Under the pieces are notes generated by a model. The model saw only the letters and a list, made by a program, of their open reading frames with translations, had not been told where the DNA came from and searched no databases. 64,000 nt of DNA from Candidatus Omnitrophota bacterium. GTDB taxonomy: Bacteria > Omnitrophota > Gorgyraeia > Gygaellales > Profunditerraquicolaceae. The stretch's first letter is position 1, and each line of letters opens with the position of its first letter. Positions 50,904 through 61,136 of the stretch are shown here, one piece after another. The position numbers and the translations under genes are program-made. The stretch lies in the NCBI GenBank assembly GCA_028716245.1, contig JAQUQW010000001.1, positions 232,793 to 296,792 on the forward strand. Reading direction: 5' to 3'.

Positions 50904-52037
50904 ATGTCGGTTAAAGGTGATTATTATCAAATATTGGGAGTATCCAAAACCGCCAGCCTTGATGAGATAAAAAAGGCTTACCGGGAGATGGCGCTTAAAT
51001 ACCATCCCGATCGGGTTGCGCCCGAGCAAAAAAAAGAAGCCGAAGATAAATTTAAGGGGATTTCCGAGGCTTACGCGGTGCTTTCCGATTCTTCCAAGCG
51101 TGATCTTTATGATCAATATGGCCATGCCGGTATCGACCAGAAATACGCCCAAGAGGATATTTTTAGAGGCGCTGACTTTAGCAGTATCTTTAGAGAGATG
51201 GGTGGTGGTTATGGAGGGGGCGCCAGCATATTTGAAGAATTATTCGGTGATTTAGGATTTGATATCGGCGGTTCCAGGCAGTCTAGGGGCCAATCTGCCA
51301 GGCGCCGCGGCAGGGATTTGCAGATTGCGATTGAAATTTCGCTTGAAGAAGCATCTGTTGGGGTAGAAAGAATAATTACTGTGCCCCGTTATGAAAGTTG
51401 CGCCAGCTGTTCCGGAAGCGGGGCCAGGGCCGGGACAAAGCGGAGCGTCTGTCCGCAATGCAAGGGCGCGGGTAAAACAGTAGTTTCAAACGGTTTTTTT
51501 CAGTTGGCGCAAACTTGTTCGCGTTGCGGCGGGGAGGGCTCGACTATCGGCACCCCTTGTCCGGATTGCCGGGGAGAAGGCCGGGTTAAAGTTATTAAAA
51601 AAATTAAAGTTAAGATCCCCGCCGGAGTTGATAATGGCTCGCAATTACGCGTCCGGGGAGAAGGGGAAGCGGGTATAAATAGCCGGGGAGATTTGTATGT
51701 AGTTATTGAGGTCAGGGAGCATGATGTGTTCCAGAGGCATAATAATGATATTGCCACTTCCGTGAATATAAGTTTAGCCAAGGCTGTTTTAGGTGGAGAG
51801 GTTCAGGTTCCCACTTTAGGTGGAAGGTTGACGATGAAGATACCCGCGGGCACGCAGTGCGGTAAAACCTTTCGCCTTAAAGGCAAAGGTATTGCGGATT
51901 TGCATTCCCGGGAGCTGGGTGATGAGTTGGTAAAAGTAGAGGTGGATATTCCCACAAGATTATCTCCCCAGCAGAGGCAATTAATCGAAGAGTTTGCCCG
52001 TTTAAACGGCGAAGACCTAAGATCAAAAGGAAGATAA
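50904..52037 (+). CDS. dnaJ: Chaperone DnaJ
   Basis: J-domain HPD, a G/F region, and four CxxCxGxG zinc repeats. Confidence 0.95.
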   Translation: MSVKGDYYQILGVSKTASLDEIKKAYREMALKYHPDRVAPEQKKEAEDKFKGISEAYAVLSDSSKRDLYDQYGHAGIDQKYAQEDIFRGADFSSIFREMGGGYGGGASIFEELFGDLGFDIGGSRQSRGQSARRRGRDLQIAIEISLEEASVGVERIITVPRYESCASCSGSGARAGTKRSVCPQCKGAGKTVVSNGFFQLAQTCSRCGGEGSTIGTPCPDCRGEGRVKVIKKIKVKIPAGVDNGSQLRVRGEGEAGINSRGDLYVVIEVREHDVFQRHNNDIATSVNISLAKAVLGGEVQVPTLGGRLTMKIPAGTQCGKTFRLKGKGIADLHSRELGDELVKVEVDIPTRLSPQQRQLIEEFARLNGEDLRSKGR

Positions 52038-52038
52038 T

Positions 52039-52278
52039 ATGCCTACTTACGAATACGAATGTTTAGCTTGTAAACATAAATTTGAGATCTTACAGAGCAT
52101 AACGGCAAAGCCCATGACAAAATGCCCAAAATGCGGTAAAAAGATAAGAAAATTGATCAGTAGTTCCGGAGGGTTTATCTTTAAAGGGCCGGGTTTTTAC
52201 GCTACGGACTATAAGAAAACAGTTTGTCCTAAAACACAAGAAGGCTGCGCCGGCTGCCCCGGGCATCAGGGTAAATAA
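52039..52278 (+). CDS. FmdB-family zinc-ribbon putative regulatory protein
   Basis: MPTYEYECLACKHKFE...CPKCG zinc ribbon. 79 aa. Confidence 0.7.
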   Translation: MPTYEYECLACKHKFEILQSITAKPMTKCPKCGKKIRKLISSSGGFIFKGPGFYATDYKKTVCPKTQEGCAGCPGHQGK

Positions 52279-52327
52279 GCTTTTAATTTATTGTTTTTGT
52301 TATTTTCTGTGGTAGAATATTTTCTCT

Positions 52328-53617
52328 ATGACTAAAATAAGGGCTTTTAAGTCAGTAGTTTACAACCAAGAAAAAATCGGGGATCTTAAACAAGTTGTCT
52401 GCCCGCCATATGATGTAATCTCTATCTCTGCTCAAGAGATGTTCCATGAGCGTTCGCTTTATAATTTCATTCACGTACTTTTAGCAAAAGATTCTCCTGA
52501 CGAAGACAGATATCACCGGGCCGCAGCGATATTCCGGCAATGGCTTAAAGACAGCATCCTTATTCAGGATGAGCGGCCAAGCATATACTTTTATAGCCAG
52601 CAGTATATCATCCGCGGAGAAAAGAAAACCCGATTGGGATTTATTTCTCTGCTTAGGCTTGGAGATGAAAAGGGCTCTTCTGTTTTTGGGCACGAAAATA
52701 CACACAGCGCAGCCAAGCTGGATAGGTTTAAGCTGATCAAGCAGGTAAAAGCAAACCTTAGCCCGATATTTATAATCTGCCAGGATAAGAAACGTATTAT
52801 CCAGCGGATTTTTCAGAAATATATCCCTGCACAAACGGCCTTTATTGAAGTTACCGATGATGAAAAAACCGTGCATAAATTATGGCGGATAGATGATCCG
52901 CAGGTTTTAAAGGCTATCGAATCCGGCATGAGCGAAGAAAACATGTTTATTGCCGACGGCCATCATCGCTATGAGGTTTCCTGCGCTTACCGTGATCTTA
53001 TGCGTGAAAAACTCAAGGAGCAATTTGACGGGGAAGAAGATTTTAATTATTGTTTAGCGTATTTCACCAATACTGACCCGCGCGGGCTGTCCATTTTAGC
53101 TATCCATCGCCTGCTCAAGTTAGATAACGGATTGGATATAAATGATTTTATCGCTAAGGCCAAAGAATATTTTGATGTTGACCCGGTAAAAGATAAAACG
53201 CGTTTTTTCTTCCTTCTGGAGAAAGCCGGCTGCACGGAGCACCTTATCGGGGTATATAAAGATAAAAAATATTTCCTTCTGCGTTTAAAGAACGTAAAGA
53301 TCCTGGATAAGTTGATCGCCGAGAAGCCAAAAGAATACAGGGCGCTGGACGTGGCTATCTTCAATTATCTGGTATTAAAGAATATCTTAAAACTTGATTT
53401 AAATAACCTGCCGGATATAAAATATAGCCCGGACCCTTTAGAATTCTTAGGGGAGGTTGATAGCGATCCCTCAAATATCGCCTTTTTCCTTAATCCGGTT
53501 AAAATCGAGCAGATCATTAATGTTGCTTTGGGGGGCAATAAAATGCCTCCTAAGTCTACTTATTTTTATCCCAAGGTGCTTTCGGGGCTTTTAATCAATA
53601 AATTCGAGAAGGATTAA
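52328..53617 (+). CDS. DUF1015 family protein
   Basis: N-terminus IRAFKSVVYNQEKIGDLKQVVCPPYDVIS is typical of DUF1015. Confidence 0.65.
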   Translation: MTKIRAFKSVVYNQEKIGDLKQVVCPPYDVISISAQEMFHERSLYNFIHVLLAKDSPDEDRYHRAAAIFRQWLKDSILIQDERPSIYFYSQQYIIRGEKKTRLGFISLLRLGDEKGSSVFGHENTHSAAKLDRFKLIKQVKANLSPIFIICQDKKRIIQRIFQKYIPAQTAFIEVTDDEKTVHKLWRIDDPQVLKAIESGMSEENMFIADGHHRYEVSCAYRDLMREKLKEQFDGEEDFNYCLAYFTNTDPRGLSILAIHRLLKLDNGLDINDFIAKAKEYFDVDPVKDKTRFFFLLEKAGCTEHLIGVYKDKKYFLLRLKNVKILDKLIAEKPKEYRALDVAIFNYLVLKNILKLDLNNLPDIKYSPDPLEFLGEVDSDPSNIAFFLNPVKIEQIINVALGGNKMPPKSTYFYPKVLSGLLINKFEKD

Positions 53618-53620
53618 AAA

Positions 53621-54460
53621 GTGGCTTTATTCGGTAAACCAAAATACACGATAGTCAGGTTAAAGAAGAAAGAGATTCCCGACGGATTATGGACAAAGTG
53701 CGAGGAGTGCTCGGAAACACTTTATAATAAAACTTTGGAAGAAAATTCCAGGGTTTGCCCCAAATGCAATTATCATTTTGGGTTAACTGCTTACCAGAGA
53801 GTGGATTTATTGCTGGATAAAGATACCTTTACGGAGTTTGACAAAGATATGATTTCCGTTGACCCGCTTGATTTTAAGGGGCCGAAAACCTATAAGGATA
53901 AATTAAAGCAGGATCAGGAGGCCACAGGTTTAAAGGATGCGGTGGTATCCGGTGAAGGTAAAATTAACGCAAGGGGCGCGGTTATTGCCGTGACCGATTC
54001 ACGTTTTATTATGGGGTCAATGGGTTCAGTAGTTGGCGAAAAGATCACAAGGTCTGTCGAATATGCCACCAAAAATAAGCTTCCTATGATTATTGTTTCC
54101 GGTTCAGGCGGCGGGGCGCGGATGTATGAAGGGATGTATAGCCTTATGCAAATGGCTAAAACCTGCGCTGCTTTGTGTTACCATCGTAAAACAAAATTGC
54201 CGTATATTTCAGTGTTAACCAACCCGACTATGGCCGGGATTATGGCTTCATTTGCCGGGGTGGGGGATATAATTATGGCCGAGCCTAACGCTTTAATTGG
54301 TTTTACCGGCCCCCGGGTCATCGAACAGACCATAAGGCAGAAATTGCCTATTGGTTTTCAGCGTTCGGAGTTTTTGTTGGACCATGGTCTTATTGATATG
54401 ATTGTGCATCGCAAGAATATGAAAAATACTTTAAGCCAATTGCTTAATTATTTTAGTTAA
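53621..54460 (+). CDS. accD: Acetyl-CoA carboxylase carboxyltransferase beta subunit
   Basis: N-terminal zinc ribbon CEECSE...CPKCNYHF plus the carboxyltransferase domain. No accA lies adjacent. Confidence 0.85.
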   Translation: MALFGKPKYTIVRLKKKEIPDGLWTKCEECSETLYNKTLEENSRVCPKCNYHFGLTAYQRVDLLLDKDTFTEFDKDMISVDPLDFKGPKTYKDKLKQDQEATGLKDAVVSGEGKINARGAVIAVTDSRFIMGSMGSVVGEKITRSVEYATKNKLPMIIVSGSGGGARMYEGMYSLMQMAKTCAALCYHRKTKLPYISVLTNPTMAGIMASFAGVGDIIMAEPNALIGFTGPRVIEQTIRQKLPIGFQRSEFLLDHGLIDMIVHRKNMKNTLSQLLNYFS

Positions 54461-54504
54461 TTCTATATAATAATTTAAGTTTCTTTTTAATGAGGAGTAA
54501 TTAA

Positions 54505-55608
54505 ATGGCCCAGGTAAGTTTAAAAGATGTTTGTAAGGTTTTCCCCGGAAATGTGCTGGCGGTTAATAAAGTGAATCTAGGTATTGAAAATAAGGAGTTT
54601 ATGGTCCTGGTAGGGCCTTCCGGTTGCGGTAAATCTACCAGCTTAAGGATGATCGCCGGCTTAGAAGAGATCAGCTCCGGTGATGTCTATATCGGAAATA
54701 AACGCGTTAACGATGTTCCGGCAAAAGACCGGGATATCGCCATGGTTTTTCAGAATTACGCCCTTTATCCCCATATGACCGTTGAAGAAAACATGTCATT
54801 TGGCTTGAGGCTTCGGCATATTCCTAAACCGGAGATCACTCAGCGGGTTAATGAGGCTGCGGAGATCTTGGGGATTAAGCGCTTGCTGAAACGTAAGCCT
54901 CGTGAGCTTTCCGGAGGCGAGCGCCAGCGGGTGGCAGTAGGAAGGGCGATCGTGAGAAAGCCTTTGGTTTTCCTGTTCGATGAGCCTTTAAGCAATCTTG
55001 ATGCTAAGATGCGCGTGCAGATGCGCACCGAGATCCATAAGCTGCACATCAGGCTGCAAACCACGATTATTTATGTAACTCATGACCAGGTTGAAGCGAT
55101 GACTATGGGGGACCGTATCGCGGTTATGAAAGACGGGATTATTTCCCAATTAGGCGATCCGATTGATGTCTATGATCATCCAAAAAATAAGTTTGTTGCC
55201 GGTTTCATTGGTTCCCCGCCGATGAATTTTATGCTGGGTAAGATTATCAAAAAAGAAGGCAAATTTTACTTTGATGAAGGCAAGATCCGGGTAAAACTGG
55301 TTGAAGACATGCATAAAAAGATGGCTAATTATGCCGGCAGCGAGGTGTTTTTTGGTATCCGCTCCGAAGATATTTATGATAAATTGTTTGTTTCCGAAGC
55401 CCCGCCGGAAAATATCGTCCGGGTAAACTGCGAAGTATTTGAACCTATGGGTTCGGAGGTTTATCTCTACCTGAACACAGGCAAGCATACCTTTATTGCC
55501 CGAGTCGGCGCCCATGACCGGCCCAGGGTTAATCAGGAGATGGACGTGGTTTTTGATATGAGCAAGGTGCATTTTTTTGACAAAAGCACCGAAGAAACTA
55601 TTATTTAA
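54505..55608 (+). CDS. ABC transporter ATP-binding protein, MalK/UgpC/MsmK-like, with a C-terminal regulatory domain
   Basis: Walker [10 protein letters not shown], signature LSGGERQRV, Walker [11 protein letters not shown]. It is an orphan: no permease or substrate-binding protein lies nearby. Confidence 0.85.
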   Translation: MAQVSLKDVCKVFPGNVLAVNKVNLGIENKEFMVLVGPSGCGKSTSLRMIAGLEEISSGDVYIGNKRVNDVPAKDRDIAMVFQNYALYPHMTVEENMSFGLRLRHIPKPEITQRVNEAAEILGIKRLLKRKPRELSGGERQRVAVGRAIVRKPLVFLFDEPLSNLDAKMRVQMRTEIHKLHIRLQTTIIYVTHDQVEAMTMGDRIAVMKDGIISQLGDPIDVYDHPKNKFVAGFIGSPPMNFMLGKIIKKEGKFYFDEGKIRVKLVEDMHKKMANYAGSEVFFGIRSEDIYDKLFVSEAPPENIVRVNCEVFEPMGSEVYLYLNTGKHTFIARVGAHDRPRVNQEMDVVFDMSKVHFFDKSTEETII

Positions 55609-55648
55609 GCTTCAAAGACTTACCTTAAAAGCTAAAATAAGCTTAATG

Positions 55649-56929
55649 CGGCAAAATACCATCCGTAAATTCTTCCTCCTTTTTTTAATTACCTTATCGG
55701 TTACCCTCTTAATAATAAACTCTGTTTTATTGCATCAAAAAATCAATCTTGCCGTTTTTTTGGTATTTATCTCAACCAATGTTTTTATTTTATTTTACTT
55801 GTTAAAAACATTCTCCAACCGCTCCTTACTTATCCATTCTCAGGATGAGCGTAGTCTAGAGCAAATAAATATTATCAAAGCCGAAAATAAAAAAGACCAG
55901 GAATTCGCTCTGGCGCTTAAATTTAAGATCACCCGTTATGATAATTTAAAAAAGGTAATTGAAGACCTTAACCGCAGTTTGAAATTAGATACCGTTATCC
56001 ATGTGTTAAGCTCCGCTGTTTACTCTTTAATCTCAAATAATAGCGGATGTGCCCTGTTTTATCTGGTGAATAACCAGTATCAGAAGCTGAATTTGGCCTA
56101 TTCCATAAAAGATGACAGCGACCTGGTTGTCCTTACTAAAGAAGGGGATATTTTTGATCAATGGGTCCTGAGGCATTCCAGCCAGCTTATCATTGAGGAC
56201 CTGAAAAATGATTTCCGTTTTGATTTAGAGGCTCTGCCTAAGCAGGAGGCGCGGCCGGTATCATCTTTAATCAGTTCGCCGTTAATCAGTCACAACTCTC
56301 TGTTTGGCCTTTTGCGCCTTGAAAGTAAAACCAGCGGTGCTTTTAATCAGGATGATTTGCGTTTTCTCTCCCTAGTTGCCGATCTTGGGGCGGCAGCGGT
56401 AGAAAATAGTTTACTTTTTCAGAAGGAACAGGATTTGGCTATCCACGACGGTTTAACCGCGCTTTTTACAAAGCAGCATTTTATCACCAGGTTAAAAGAT
56501 GAATCCAGGCGCCTCCTGCGCCTGGACCAGCATTTATCGTTAATGATGATCGATATTGATTTTTTTAAGCAATATAACGATAAATTCGGGCATACTGCCG
56601 GTGATATTGTTTTAAAGAAAATGGGGCACTTATTAAAAGATGCTTTAAGGGAATTTAACCCGCTGTTATGCCGGTTCGGAGGAGAAGAATTTTTAGTTAT
56701 GCTGCCAGGGATAAATAAGCAGAAAGCATTGGGGATAGCCGAAGATTTACGCCGCAGGATTGAGAAGGAGAATATCGTGCTGCGCCGGCAGGATACGCAT
56801 GTAACCGTTTCTATCGGGGTAGCCAGCCTGCCGTTTGACACAAAAGATGAAGATGAACTAATCCAGAAGGCGGATAAGGCGATGTACAGCGCCAAGGGGA
56901 AGGGAAGAAACCGGGTATGCTCTATATAA
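55649..56929 (+). CDS. Membrane-anchored diguanylate cyclase (GGDEF; GGEEF active site) with a GAF-like sensor region
   Basis: N-terminal TM helices. RFGGEEF. The start was taken as the ATG at 55649, 37 nt downstream of the upstream gene's stop; the ORF-track start at 55577 overlaps that gene. Confidence 0.8.
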   Translation, partial: RQNTIRKFFLLFLITLSVTLLIINSVLLHQKINLAVFLVFISTNVFILFYLLKTFSNRSLLIHSQDERSLEQINIIKAENKKDQEFALALKFKITRYDNLKKVIEDLNRSLKLDTVIHVLSSAVYSLISNNSGCALFYLVNNQYQKLNLAYSIKDDSDLVVLTKEGDIFDQWVLRHSSQLIIEDLKNDFRFDLEALPKQEARPVSSLISSPLISHNSLFGLLRLESKTSGAFNQDDLRFLSLVADLGAAAVENSLLFQKEQDLAIHDGLTALFTKQHFITRLKDESRRLLRLDQHLSLMMIDIDFFKQYNDKFGHTAGDIVLKKMGHLLKDALREFNPLLCRFGGEEFLVMLPGINKQKALGIAEDLRRRIEKENIVLRRQDTHVTVSIGVASLPFDTKDEDELIQKADKAMYSAKGKGRNRVCSI

Positions 56930-57912
56930 TAGCATTTTTAATTTTAACCGTTGCCTGGTATATGTCATTACGCCGGATTTTTGCCGGACGCATCGAATAT
57001 GAACAGGCAAAAAGTACCAGCCTGATTAATGAGCTTAAAAATTTGGTTGATTTAAAAAAACGCTTAAATTCGGAAAATGCCCGGCTGAATAAAGTATTCG
57101 CGGAAACCCTGGCGCTTTATGAATTGACCAAGGATATTTGTAAGCATCTGGATGAGGAAAAAGTTTTTACAACTTTTAACCAGAGCCTGAAAAAATATAT
57201 CAGCATCGGCGATTGCCGCTATATAAAAGACGCCGCGGATTTGGTTAAATATAAAAATTATACGATCCTGCCTTTAGCTGTCGAAGAAAATCAAATCGCC
57301 GGTTATTTAGCGGTAGACAGGATTTCGCCAGCGGATAAAGAGAAGTTTGGGATCCTGGCCCAACAATTTTTAATCGGCTTAAGAAGAGCCTTGCTTTATC
57401 AGAAGGTTCAAGGAATGACCATTACCGATTCTCTTACCCAGGTCTACTGCCGAAGATATTTCCTGGAGCGTTTTAGCGAAGAGATGAGGCGTTCCAAGAA
57501 GAACAGGTTAAACTTAAGCTTCCTGATGATCGATATAGATAATTTTAAACGCTTTAATGACCGTTATGGGCATTTGGTCGGCGACGCTATATTGCGCCAG
57601 GTTTCTAAAACTATAAGTGAAGCGGTCAGGCAGATAGATTTTATCGGCCGCTACGGAGGAGAGGAGCTTTCGATCGTCCTGGCTGAAACAGACAGGGAGC
57701 AGGCTAATTTTGCCGCCGAACGTATCCGCCAGGCAATCGCCGCAGCGGCAATCAAGGTTTATGATGAAGAGTTAAAAGTTACCGTAAGCATAGGTGTTTC
57801 TACTTTTCCGGATAATACTTTGAATATGCAGGATTTGATTGAAATGGCGGACCAGGCTTTATACCTGGCCAAGGAAACCGGAAAGAACAGGGTTTGTTTT
57901 TCTCCCGCCTAA
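56917..57912 (+). CDS. Membrane-anchored diguanylate cyclase (GGDEF; GGEEL active site)
   Basis: RYGGEEL. It overlaps the upstream GGDEF gene by 13 nt. Confidence 0.8.
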   Translation: MLYIIAFLILTVAWYMSLRRIFAGRIEYEQAKSTSLINELKNLVDLKKRLNSENARLNKVFAETLALYELTKDICKHLDEEKVFTTFNQSLKKYISIGDCRYIKDAADLVKYKNYTILPLAVEENQIAGYLAVDRISPADKEKFGILAQQFLIGLRRALLYQKVQGMTITDSLTQVYCRRYFLERFSEEMRRSKKNRLNLSFLMIDIDNFKRFNDRYGHLVGDAILRQVSKTISEAVRQIDFIGRYGGEELSIVLAETDREQANFAAERIRQAIAAAAIKVYDEELKVTVSIGVSTFPDNTLNMQDLIEMADQALYLAKETGKNRVCFSPA

Positions 57913-57955
57913 TTATATCCTTGAAAAATTATGTATTTTAATATAGAATACCACA

Positions 57956-58882
57956 ATGGTTAAAAAATATATTATCGCCATAGATTTAGGCGGCACTAAT
58001 TTAAAATGCGCTTTGCTCGATAGCAGTTTAAGGATTAAAGCCAGAAACTCTTTTAGCACAAAGAGTTTTGATAATAAACATAAGCTTATTGATGGGGTTG
58101 TTGATTCCGTAAATAGTTTTATGTTAAGCCATAAGTTGGCCAGGGGTATTATCTTGGGAGTGGGTATTGGTTTGCCGGGCCCGGTTGATACCTTAAGGGG
58201 AATCGTGCATTTTTTGCCGAACATCCCGGGATGGAAAAGCGTAGAGTTTAAAAAAATTTTAGAGCGTAAAACTAAACTGCCGGTTTTTATCGATAATGAC
58301 GCTAAGCTGATGACCTTAGCCGAGCAAAAAAGCGGTTCGGCAAAAGGATATGCAAATGCCTTATGTTTGACCTTGGGCACCGGAGTCGGTGGGGGGTTAA
58401 TTATTAACGGAGCTCTTTACCGGGGCAGGGATAATGCCGCCGGAGAGCTCGGTCATCTTCCTCTTAACGAAAAAGGGCCGCTTTGCGGTTGCGGAGGGCA
58501 AGCCTGTCTTGAGGCATATGTTGGCAATGCCGCTATTATCAGGCAGGCGCGTAAACTATTTGGACCCGGGATTTCCCTTGAGGAGTTAAGCCGCTTGGCC
58601 CGCGATAATAATGCAAAGGCAATGAAATTCTGGAGACAGGTTGGGGAAAAGCTGGGATTGGCTTTAAGCGGGATTGTAAATTTACTTAACCTGGAGGCGA
58701 TTGTAATTGGCGGCGGGGTTTCTGAGGCCGGAGGAGTATTGTTTAAAAGCCTAAAACAAACTATTTTGCGGCGGGCAATGAGCGTGCAGGCAAAAAGGGT
58801 AAAAATATTTAAAGCCAAATTAGGTAATAATGCCGGAATCATCGGAGCCGGATTGCTGGTTAAGGAAAGGTTAAGGGGATAA
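57956..58882 (+). CDS. glk: ROK-family glucokinase
   Basis: IDLGGTNLK and the CGCGGQACLE zinc motif of the ROK family. Confidence 0.85.
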   Translation: MVKKYIIAIDLGGTNLKCALLDSSLRIKARNSFSTKSFDNKHKLIDGVVDSVNSFMLSHKLARGIILGVGIGLPGPVDTLRGIVHFLPNIPGWKSVEFKKILERKTKLPVFIDNDAKLMTLAEQKSGSAKGYANALCLTLGTGVGGGLIINGALYRGRDNAAGELGHLPLNEKGPLCGCGGQACLEAYVGNAAIIRQARKLFGPGISLEELSRLARDNNAKAMKFWRQVGEKLGLALSGIVNLLNLEAIVIGGGVSEAGGVLFKSLKQTILRRAMSVQAKRVKIFKAKLGNNAGIIGAGLLVKERLRG

Positions 58883-58924
58883 ACAGGTTTCTGGAAGATT
58901 ACAAAAAATACCCTCAGGAAAACA

Positions 58925-61135
58925 ATGCTAAAAAAAATTAGTAATTTTAAACTGTTTAATCTTGCGGCTGTTGTTCCGGCCGTTGTTTTTTTATCCGTAG
59001 CCCTGCTATTTGCGGAGGAGAACAAAGAGTCACCGATAATTATCAACGGCGATAATGTTGAATATTCAGCCGACAGTAAAGAGGTGACTGCTACCGGAAA
59101 TATTGAAGTTACTTATAAAGGTTCGAAGTTAACTTGTAATAAGTTAAAAGTTAACATGCAGACTAAAGAGGGACAAGCTGAGGGTAATGCCCGGCTCCAG
59201 GATCCAAAGGGGATAGTTACCGGTGAAAAGATTGTTTATGATTTTGCCAATAAAACAGGTGTGATTCTTAACGCCGATTTTCGGGCCAACCCTTATTTTG
59301 GAAAAGCCAGGAATGTGGAGAAAGTAAGTGATAGTGAATATATCGCTAAGTACGGATATTTTACTACTTGCAGTTTTGACCATCCGCATTATCGTTTCGG
59401 GGTAAAGAAGTTAGGCATGTTCCCCGGTGATAAAATGGAAGCTCAACAAGTTATGCTTTACCTGGGGACTGTTCCTGTTGTCTATCTTCCGCGCTTTAAT
59501 TATTCGATGAAGGAGCCAATTATGCATGTGCAAGTTGAGCCGGGTAAGCGTAAGGATTGGGGCCCGTATGTTTTGAATACCTGGCGTTATAGTATTTCCG
59601 ATAATGTCAGTGCTTTGGCTTCGCTGGATTATCGCAGTAAGCTGGGTTTTGCCGAAGGGTTTGAAGTAAACTATAAAAATTCGCCCGTTGGCAATGGTAA
59701 TTTTAAATTTTACTACACCAATGAAAGCCCTGCTAATCAACCAACCGGGGCACCCACGGAGTTTCAACGTTATTTTATGCGTTGGAGGGATAAGTGGAAC
59801 ATTGATGATCGGACAAATGTTATCGCAGAGTTATATAAAATTACCGACCAGAGAAGGAAATATGATCTTACGCACAATATCCTTAAAGATTATTTCTTCC
59901 GTGAGTATGAGAAAGACAGCCAGCCGCTTAGTTATGGGTTATTCCACCATGCATTCAATTATTCCAGTTTGGATATACTCTTGCAAGAGCGCACAAACCA
60001 TTGGTTTGACCAGATCGAGAAAACTCCGGAGATAAACTATAACCTGCCAAGCTTACAGTTGGCAGAGAGCCCATTTTATTTTGAGAATACAACTCAGCTG
60101 GGAAATTATAATAAAAAGGAGGTTGTGACTCCAGCAATAACACAAGATAGGGATAATGTTACGGTTGCCAGATTGGATACGAAGAATACTTTTTCCATGC
60201 CGGCCAAGATCGCCTTTGTGCAATTTAAGCCTTTTGTTGCCAGCAGGCAGACCTTTTATGATAAAGGAGCAAATGACCAAACAGGAATTGTGCGGACTAT
60301 TTTTTACAGCGGCGCGGATATGAGCACTAAGTTTTATCGTGTATTTGATGTCAAAACTAATTTCTTAGGTTTAGATGTCAATGGTTTAAGGCATGTAATT
60401 ACTCCTACCGTAGGATATTTATATACGCATGTGCCCACTATCCCGGGAACCAACATAAAACAGATTGATGCTACTATAGATTCGATAAACCGCGGCAATA
60501 CCGCATCTTTAGGTTTATCCAACAAACTGCAGACTAAGCGTAACGGCGCGAGCGTGGATTTTGTAGATTTTTTAATTACTACCAATTATGTACTTGATCC
60601 GAAGACCGGCGATAACGCCATCCTTACACCCCGCGCTGGAGAAAATTTAAAAAGTAATTTTTCAGATATACTCTATCAATTGAAAATATTGCCATATTCA
60701 TGGCTTAGGTTTGAATCTGACGCTACTTTTGCGCATTCCGACCATACCAATGTCAATTACAATAAATTTTCCTTGGCTAGCTATGATTTAAGCTTTGATC
60801 TAGGTAATGAGCGTTCATTTTCTATTGGGCAGCGCTACGAAAGAAAAGGAAAGAATGAGGTCACTGCCGGTTTTACTGGCCGCCTGAACCCCAAGTGGAA
60901 ATTTGCCATGTATCAGCGTTATAACTTTAAAAAGACCGATGTTCTTGAAGCCGGCTCTCAGGAGCAGGAATATACTTTGACCCGTGATTTGCATTGTTGG
61001 GATTTGGATCTTACCTTGGACAAGAAAAAGATCAGCGGCACGAGCATATATTTTACCTTCAGGCTTAAGGCTTTTCCTGAAAACCAATTTGGTTTTAATC
61101 AATCTGTAAGCGCAAAGAAATCTGGGACTCCATAA
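58925..61135 (+). CDS. lptD: LPS-assembly protein LptD (OstA)
   Basis: Signal peptide, an OstA_N beta-jellyroll, and a large C-terminal beta-barrel. 736 aa. This marks a diderm envelope. Confidence 0.75.
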   Translation: MLKKISNFKLFNLAAVVPAVVFLSVALLFAEENKESPIIINGDNVEYSADSKEVTATGNIEVTYKGSKLTCNKLKVNMQTKEGQAEGNARLQDPKGIVTGEKIVYDFANKTGVILNADFRANPYFGKARNVEKVSDSEYIAKYGYFTTCSFDHPHYRFGVKKLGMFPGDKMEAQQVMLYLGTVPVVYLPRFNYSMKEPIMHVQVEPGKRKDWGPYVLNTWRYSISDNVSALASLDYRSKLGFAEGFEVNYKNSPVGNGNFKFYYTNESPANQPTGAPTEFQRYFMRWRDKWNIDDRTNVIAELYKITDQRRKYDLTHNILKDYFFREYEKDSQPLSYGLFHHAFNYSSLDILLQERTNHWFDQIEKTPEINYNLPSLQLAESPFYFENTTQLGNYNKKEVVTPAITQDRDNVTVARLDTKNTFSMPAKIAFVQFKPFVASRQTFYDKGANDQTGIVRTIFYSGADMSTKFYRVFDVKTNFLGLDVNGLRHVITPTVGYLYTHVPTIPGTNIKQIDATIDSINRGNTASLGLSNKLQTKRNGASVDFVDFLITTNYVLDPKTGDNAILTPRAGENLKSNFSDILYQLKILPYSWLRFESDATFAHSDHTNVNYNKFSLASYDLSFDLGNERSFSIGQRYERKGKNEVTAGFTGRLNPKWKFAMYQRYNFKKTDVLEAGSQEQEYTLTRDLHCWDLDLTLDKKKISGTSIYFTFRLKAFPENQFGFNQSVSAKKSGTP

Positions 61136-61136
61136 A

